Shown here: positions 26,533 to 32,000 of the stretch, in pieces
How the letters are laid out: the number at the start of each line of letters is the position of its first letter
Position numbering within the stretch: the first letter of the stretch is position 1
Origin: Lysobacteraceae bacterium
GTDB taxonomy: Bacteria; Bdellovibrionota; UBA1018; JAGTJX01
NCBI GenBank assembly: GCA_023657465.1
Contig: JAGTJX010000002.1
Coordinates: 304,136-336,135, forward strand
Length of the DNA stretch: 32,000 nucleotides
Reading direction: 5' to 3'
Notes under the pieces: model-generated
The model's input: the letters and a program-made list of their open reading frames with translations, nothing else
Told to the model about the DNA's origin: nothing
The model's database searches: none
Made by a program: the position numbers and the translations under genes

Positions 26533-28614
26533 ATGGCCAAGTTTCTAGAACGTCTTTCAAAAAATCCTGATTTATTACTAGTAGCAGGACTACTGGGTAT
26601 TCTCACGGTCATGGTGATCCCCATGCCTGCGTTTATTCTCGATATCTTGTTATCGATGGCAATCGCTTCATCGATCATTTTACTTTTAACTTCTGTTTAC
26701 GTGAAGAAAGCTCTCGATTTTTCAAGTTTTCCAACTCTTCTTTTGATTTCCACACTTTTCAGACTTTCACTCAACGTCGCAACGACTCGAGTAATTCTGT
26801 TGAACGGTGGGTCCATGGGTACTTCAGCTGCTGGAGACGTGATCCAGTCCTTCGGAGAATTTGTCGTCGGGGGTAACTACGCTGTCGGTATCGTTGTCTT
26901 CATTATTTTGGTCATCATCAACTTCATCGTTATCACTAAAGGCGCAGGCAGAGTCGCAGAAGTTGCTGCACGTTTTACCTTGGATGCAATGCCAGGTAAA
27001 CAAATGTCTATTGATGCTGATTTGAATGCTGGCGTGATCAATGAAGAAGAAGCGAGAAGACGTCGTTCTGAGATTGCTCGTGAAGCAGATTTCTACGGAG
27101 CCATGGACGGTGCGAGCAAGTTCGTTAGAGGAGATGCGATTGCGGGTATTCTCATCGTCGTCGTCAACATCATTGGCGGAATCATTATTGGAACTCTACA
27201 GCAAGGACTCGATCTCGCAACTGCTGCACAGACGTTCACACTTCTCACTATTGGTGATGGATTGGTCACTCAGATTCCAGCTCTCATCATCTCTACTTCT
27301 GCAGGTATCATTGTCACACGTAACGCGGGTGGAGCTAATTTAGGTAGTGAGATGAGTAAGCAACTCTTCTCCCAATATAAGCCACTCTTTGCAGCTTCTG
27401 GCGTCATGGGTTTCATGGCGATTATTCCAGGACTACCGACTCTTCCCTTCCTGATCATCGCAGGAATGTTAGGCTACACATCTTATAGAATTTATAGCGC
27501 TGAAGAAGCTGTGGCCCTCAAAGCAAAAAAAGATCTCGACAACGAAAAGCTTCGTCCTCAACAAGAGAAAATCGAAAACCTACTTTCCGTGGATTCACTC
27601 GAGCTCGAAGTAGGTTATGGCTTGGTGAATATTGTAGATGCTGAACAAAACGGCGATCTGCTAGAGCGTATTTCTAATATCAGAAAACAGTTCGCTATTG
27701 ATCTTGGGATCATTGTTCCTCCACTCAGAATCAGAGATAATCTGGAATTGAAGCCAGGTGATTACCAGCTCATGCTCAAAGGCATTTCAATTGGTTCTGG
27801 TTCTCTCATGGTTGGACATCTTCTTGCGATGGATCCTGGAAATGTATCTGATCCTGTTCATGGTGTTCCTACTAAGGAACCTGCGTTTGGTTTAGATGCA
27901 ATGTGGATCTCGCCTCGTCAGAAAGACGAAGCGATGGAGAAGGGTTATACTGTCGTCGATCTCTCGACTGTCATTGCAACCCATTTGACTGAACTCATTA
28001 GGAATCATTCAGGTGAGTTACTCGGTCGTCAGGAACTTCAAATTCTTCTCGACAACCTTAAACAGACTGCACCAAAAGTGATTGAAGATCTCATTCCTGT
28101 TGTCCTCTCTGTCAGTGCAGTACTTAAAGTGCTCAAAGGACTTCTTAAAGAAGGTGTATCGATCAGGGATCTAAAGACTGTGCTTGAGACACTCTCAGAA
28201 ATAGCTCCATCAATGAAAGATCCCGCTTTCCTCATAGAACATGTGAGATCTGCTCTGGCTCGAACTATTACTAAGAAGCTTGTGAGTGTGAATGGTGAAC
28301 TGGTTCTTTTGACACTAGACAAAGACATAGAAGAAACCATTGCTTCAGGAATCATCCAGACTGACCAAGGTCAGCAGCTTTCGATTGATCCTGAGTTTGT
28401 GAGAGGATTTATTGGTCAGTTGGCTACACAAGCTCAGCAATTAGCAGCTGAGCACAGTCACGCGATTGTTCTCTGCTCTCCACTCATTCGTAATCATTTA
28501 AAACAACTCGTAGATCGTTTTATCCCGAATATTACGGTGCTGTCTCATAACGAGATCACGCCTAATGTAAATGTAAAATCGTTTGGAACAGTGAGGTTAG
28601 CATATGCAAGTTAA
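26533..28614 (+). CDS. flhA: Flagellar export protein FlhA
   Basis: LSLNVATTRVILLNG, MPGKQMSIDADLNAGVINEEEARRRRSEIAREADFYGAMDGASKFVRGDAIAGI. Confidence 0.98.
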   Translation: MAKFLERLSKNPDLLLVAGLLGILTVMVIPMPAFILDILLSMAIASSIILLLTSVYVKKALDFSSFPTLLLISTLFRLSLNVATTRVILLNGGSMGTSAAGDVIQSFGEFVVGGNYAVGIVVFIILVIINFIVITKGAGRVAEVAARFTLDAMPGKQMSIDADLNAGVINEEEARRRRSEIAREADFYGAMDGASKFVRGDAIAGILIVVVNIIGGIIIGTLQQGLDLATAAQTFTLLTIGDGLVTQIPALIISTSAGIIVTRNAGGANLGSEMSKQLFSQYKPLFAASGVMGFMAIIPGLPTLPFLIIAGMLGYTSYRIYSAEEAVALKAKKDLDNEKLRPQQEKIENLLSVDSLELEVGYGLVNIVDAEQNGDLLERISNIRKQFAIDLGIIVPPLRIRDNLELKPGDYQLMLKGISIGSGSLMVGHLLAMDPGNVSDPVHGVPTKEPAFGLDAMWISPRQKDEAMEKGYTVVDLSTVIATHLTELIRNHSGELLGRQELQILLDNLKQTAPKVIEDLIPVVLSVSAVLKVLKGLLKEGVSIRDLKTVLETLSEIAPSMKDPAFLIEHVRSALARTITKKLVSVNGELVLLTLDKDIEETIASGIIQTDQGQQLSIDPEFVRGFIGQLATQAQQLAAEHSHAIVLCSPLIRNHLKQLVDRFIPNITVLSHNEITPNVNVKSFGTVRLAYAS

Positions 28615-29989
28615 GAAGTTCGAAGCACCAACTATGCAAGAAGCACTTGATACCATCAAGAGAGAATTAGGTCCTGAAGCTGTGATTCTTCAAACCAAAC
28701 GAAACAAAGGTGGTTTCGGTCTGCTGGGAAAAGTTTCAGTAGAAGTGACTGCTGCTGTCGCAGATCACGCTCTTGCTAAGAAGGCTAATACTGAGCGAAG
28801 ACTACCTGCTGCGACCAGTGAGCAAGTGAAGAACATGTCTGCTAAGAATCAGAAGAATTTTTATAATGAATTTAATGATTCAAGAATTGATAAAATCGCA
28901 GCACAGACTGCTGATAAAGTTTCATTGAGCCAAAGCAAACTCACTGCAACACGTTACGCAGAGATAGATCCTGTACCCATGGCAGCGGCTCCTGCACCGA
29001 AATTACCGATCGTAGCTCCCACTCGTCAGCCAGCAGTTGAACAGCTTCAGCAAAACTCACAATTCACTCAAGAGCTCGATGATCTCAAGCAAGTCGTTGC
29101 AGAGATGAAGAATAGTGCAAATACTCAGTCACAGACTCAGCGTTCTGAGACTTTGGGAACAGATCTTACTCCAGCAGTTTCAGATGCATTTGATTTCCTC
29201 ATTCTCAGTGGTGTAGATCGCAGACTAGCATATGGAATCATTAAGAATGCTTCATTCCAACTCGATGCTGCTAGTAAGCACGACCGCGATGCTGTGCTTG
29301 ATCAAGTAGCGCAAGAGCTCATGCAATCGATTGAAGTAATGGACTGCCTTGAGGGGGTCACTAAGCGCGCTGATCGTGGTGATAACGCCACTCCAGTCGT
29401 CATGGCATTCGTAGGTAGCAGTGGAGTAGGTAAGACTTCTGCTCTCACTAAGATTGCTTCAATTGCACAGAACTCAAAGAATCTGAAAGTAGGTCTCATC
29501 GATTACAAGACTCCCGATACACACAGAAACGTGATCTTCGATGAACTTCTAGAAACGTATTCAAAAATTCTAAAAACACCTTACCGTAAAGTCATTTCAA
29601 AAAAAGAAATTCAAATGGCACTGGCAGAACTTGCCGGTCTCGATCTGATTTTAATTGATACAGCTGCGATTGGACTTAAGGACTCTGCTCAGATTGCCGA
29701 AATTGAATCAGCTCTTCACAAGATTGTGAACGTGAGGATTCAGTTGGTTCTCTCCGCATCTACATCGGATGCAGAAAATTTTGAATTAACTAGAAGAGCA
29801 AAAGATATCAGTCCTGAGGGGCTTATCTTTACGAAGCTCGACGACGCAGTGAAGTTTGGCACGATTTATAATGTGTCAGAGAGGTTTAAGTTGCCGTTAC
29901 AGTATTTCAGTACGGGCGCAAAATTTCCTGATGACATCGAAACCGCTACTCCTGAGCGAGTAGTAGCAAAAATTATGGGATTAATCTGA
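28604..29989 (+). CDS. flhF: Signal-recognition-particle-like GTPase FlhF
   Basis: MQVKKFEAPTMQEALDTIKRELGPEAVILQTK, G1 GSSGVGKTSALTKIA, LILIDTAAIGLKD, FTKLDDAVKFGTIYN. Confidence 0.95.
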   Translation: MQVKKFEAPTMQEALDTIKRELGPEAVILQTKRNKGGFGLLGKVSVEVTAAVADHALAKKANTERRLPAATSEQVKNMSAKNQKNFYNEFNDSRIDKIAAQTADKVSLSQSKLTATRYAEIDPVPMAAAPAPKLPIVAPTRQPAVEQLQQNSQFTQELDDLKQVVAEMKNSANTQSQTQRSETLGTDLTPAVSDAFDFLILSGVDRRLAYGIIKNASFQLDAASKHDRDAVLDQVAQELMQSIEVMDCLEGVTKRADRGDNATPVVMAFVGSSGVGKTSALTKIASIAQNSKNLKVGLIDYKTPDTHRNVIFDELLETYSKILKTPYRKVISKKEIQMALAELAGLDLILIDTAAIGLKDSAQIAEIESALHKIVNVRIQLVLSASTSDAENFELTRRAKDISPEGLIFTKLDDAVKFGTIYNVSERFKLPLQYFSTGAKFPDDIETATPERVVAKIMGLI

Positions 29990-30006
29990 AAACAACGGGG
30001 TGAGAT

Positions 30007-31053
30007 ATGGCAGCTAATTCAGGTCTACAGACATACAAAAAAGCAGTAAACCAAAAGAAGACGTCTACGAAGTCGAGGCGTGAATCTGTTGAGGCGAAGG
30101 TAGAGATTTCGGAAGAAATCAAAAAACTATCTAAGAAAGCCAAATCGAGCAAAATCGAATCCACTCAAGCCGTAGCACCAGTCGCTGAGTCTGAAATAGA
30201 AGCACCTGTTCCAGCGGCGCTTCAGGTGAACGAAGAAGAGATTCTGATTAAGGAGATCGCTCTAGAAGTAGAGAAGGATGCAAAACAGACTTCTACTCTT
30301 GTCAAAGCTGATTTTACTCCAGTGAACATGTCACGAGAGCGGCTCATTGTGGAGTACGCGCCACTCATTAAGTTCATCGCACAGAAAATCGCTGCTCGTC
30401 TTCCAGCTAACGTTGAACTAGACGATCTCATGAGTTCAGGCGTCATCGGTCTTATGGACGCAATTGAGAAGTACGATTCTTCTCGTGATAATAAGTTTAA
30501 AACATACGCAGAGTTTCGTATCCGTGGAGCAATCCTAGACGAACTCCGTGCACAGGACTGGGTTCCTAGGTCCGTACGTGAGAAGGCTAAGCAGCTCGAG
30601 CGTATCTACACTCGTATTGAGCAACAGAAGGGTAGACAGGCGACTGATGATGAAGTCTGTATGGAGTTAGGCGTCTCGCAGACAGAGTTCCATGAGCTTC
30701 TCAGTGAAGTCAGAGGGATCTCGCTCCTCTCGTTCGATGATATTTCGAATCTCTCTAAGACCGACAAGAAGTCACTCCATGGTTATGGTGATAGCTCTAA
30801 GATTGCGACACCGTTTAATGAAGTGAGCCATGCTTATCTGAAGAATCTGATTGCAGAAGCCATTGGTGATCTTCCTGAGAAGCAGCGACTCGTACTTTCA
30901 CTCTATTACTATGAGGATCTAAATCTGAAGGAGATCGGAAGAGTACTCGATGTGACTGAATCACGTGTGTCTCAGCTTCACACTCAAGCAGTATTGAAGC
31001 TCAAAGCTCGCCTCAAGAATCATTGGGATGAGTTTACTGCGCTCATGATCTAA
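30007..31053 (+). CDS. fliA: Flagellar sigma factor FliA (sigma28) with a charged ~107-aa N-terminal extension
   Basis: Sigma core from about residue 108: LIVEYAPLIKFIAQKIAARLPANVELDDLMSSGVIGLMDAIEKYD...FKTYAEFRIRGAILDELRAQDWVPRSVREKAK...ESRVSQLHTQAVLKLKARL. Downstream of flhF. Confidence 0.93.
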   Translation: MAANSGLQTYKKAVNQKKTSTKSRRESVEAKVEISEEIKKLSKKAKSSKIESTQAVAPVAESEIEAPVPAALQVNEEEILIKEIALEVEKDAKQTSTLVKADFTPVNMSRERLIVEYAPLIKFIAQKIAARLPANVELDDLMSSGVIGLMDAIEKYDSSRDNKFKTYAEFRIRGAILDELRAQDWVPRSVREKAKQLERIYTRIEQQKGRQATDDEVCMELGVSQTEFHELLSEVRGISLLSFDDISNLSKTDKKSLHGYGDSSKIATPFNEVSHAYLKNLIAEAIGDLPEKQRLVLSLYYYEDLNLKEIGRVLDVTESRVSQLHTQAVLKLKARLKNHWDEFTALMI

Positions 31054-31059
31054 GTCTGT

Positions 31060-32000
31060 TTACTTCAAGCCATTCTTCTTGAAGAACGCATCAGTAGTGA
31101 AGTTACGACCACGCCATGACTTGTACATGATGTTTGCATCGAGTGAACCACCACGACTGAGTATCTTATCCCTGAGCTTATGAGATCGCGCCTTCAGAGT
31201 CTTAGAAGACTCATTCCAATAATAGAATCCATCTGCTTCAATCGTCTCAGACCAGAGATAGCTATAATATCCAGCAGAGTAACCCCCATTGAAGAGGTGA
31301 CTGAACCTGGGTGAGAGTAAGGTGAATGGATATTCAGGGAAGAGCGAGTACGCGCCTCGGGTTCGCTTCTCAAACGAGAGTAGATCCTCACCAGGCTTAA
31401 TTCCTGCTGAGTGCATGATGAGATCCATGTAAGCAAACGAAGCTGTACGCATGTAGACCATGGCTTTTTGGAAGTCTTGTTTCTTCTTAATCTTTCCAAG
31501 CCATTCAGCTGGAATGACTTTTCCTGATTCAATGTGCTTGGAAGCAAGTTCTAAATATCTAAGTTCTGAGAGCCAGTTCTCCATCACAGTAGAAGGGAAT
31601 TCTACGAAGTCCCAGGGAACATTGAATCCACCCAGATTGCGGTATTCTACATCAGAGAAGAGCGCATGCATCGCATGACCCATTTCGTGGAGGATGGTTT
31701 CTACTTCTGAGACTTTGAGCAGTGTAGAGGTATTGCCATGAGGTGGATCGAAGTTGAAGTGCACTGACGCTATCGGACGTCTCATTCCATCTGAGAATTT
31801 ACCTTGTTCTGTGACGTTGTTAGCCCATGCTCCTGAGTGCTTGATCTCTCTAGTGAATGGATCAACGAAGAGTACGCCGATTTCCTTACCGAGTTTCAGA
31901 TCTTTCACGTGAAACGCTTTCACATCAGGATGATAGCCCTTGATCTTAGGATCTTCAGTGAATTGGACATTGTAGAGCTCACCGATGAAATCAAGCGTGG
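31060..32000 (-). CDS. M3-family zinc metallopeptidase (oligopeptidase A/Dcp-like), partial (5' end outside the window)
   Basis: HEMGH zinc motif in VSEVETILHEMGHAMHALFSDVEYRNLGG; YYSYLWSETIEADGFYYW. The frame stays open from the track start (31923, a GTG) to the window edge: TLDFIGELYNVQFTEDPKIKGYHPDVKAFH... Confidence 0.93.
   Translation of the reverse strand, partial: TLDFIGELYNVQFTEDPKIKGYHPDVKAFHVKDLKLGKEIGVLFVDPFTREIKHSGAWANNVTEQGKFSDGMRRPIASVHFNFDPPHGNTSTLLKVSEVETILHEMGHAMHALFSDVEYRNLGGFNVPWDFVEFPSTVMENWLSELRYLELASKHIESGKVIPAEWLGKIKKKQDFQKAMVYMRTASFAYMDLIMHSAGIKPGEDLLSFEKRTRGAYSLFPEYPFTLLSPRFSHLFNGGYSAGYYSYLWSETIEADGFYYWNESSKTLKARSHKLRDKILSRGGSLDANIMYKSWRGRNFTTDAFFKKNGLK

Noticed and set aside
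30007-30327. FlgM-like anti-sigma domain fused to FliA, or remnant of FlhG
   Set aside because: The extension shows neither a recognisable FlgM C-terminal helix pattern nor a P-loop/MinD motif. It is left as an unexplained extension.
1-32000. CRISPR arrays, rRNA, tRNA, transposases, integrases, phage or defence genes
   Set aside because: I saw no repeat-spacer pattern, no RNA gene signature and no mobile-element proteins. The window is a conserved core flagellar locus with housekeeping neighbours.

Overview
This window is an almost complete flagellar basal-body/type III export cluster on the + strand, with housekeeping genes at both ends. Order: 3' part of acs (+); a convergent Mla-type ABC transporter unit on the - strand (lipoprotein, mlaE, mlaF, mlaD-like); then a long + strand run of a secreted TPR protein, a receiver-less sigma54 activator, flgB, flgC, fliE, fliF, fliG, fliH, fliI, fliJ, a MotE-like gene, fliK, flgD, a 'flagellar operon protein', flgE, fliL, fliM, fliN, fliO, fliP, fliQ, fliR, flhB, flhA, flhF and fliA; and a convergent, truncated M3-family metallopeptidase. 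The gene order and protein character resemble a Bdellovibrio-like lineage, but that taxonomic guess is inference. I see no evidence for a wholly new multi-gene system. The observations most worth follow-up are: (1) a near-consensus -24/-12 sigma54 promoter at 4980-4995, with an upstream inverted repeat and A-tracts, in front of the TPR/activator pair; (2) an activator that lacks any receiver domain and is translationally overlapped with a secreted TPR protein; (3) a structured flgE leader in which the Shine-Dalgarno lies in a hairpin loop and can alternatively pair with an upstream anti-SD; (4) very strong symmetry elements between flgE and fliL; (5) no flhG between flhF and fliA, with an unusual ~107-aa N-terminal extension on FliA; and (6) lineage-like extensions in FlgD and FliL. 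All calls come from reading motifs and sequence; no searches or folding programs were run.
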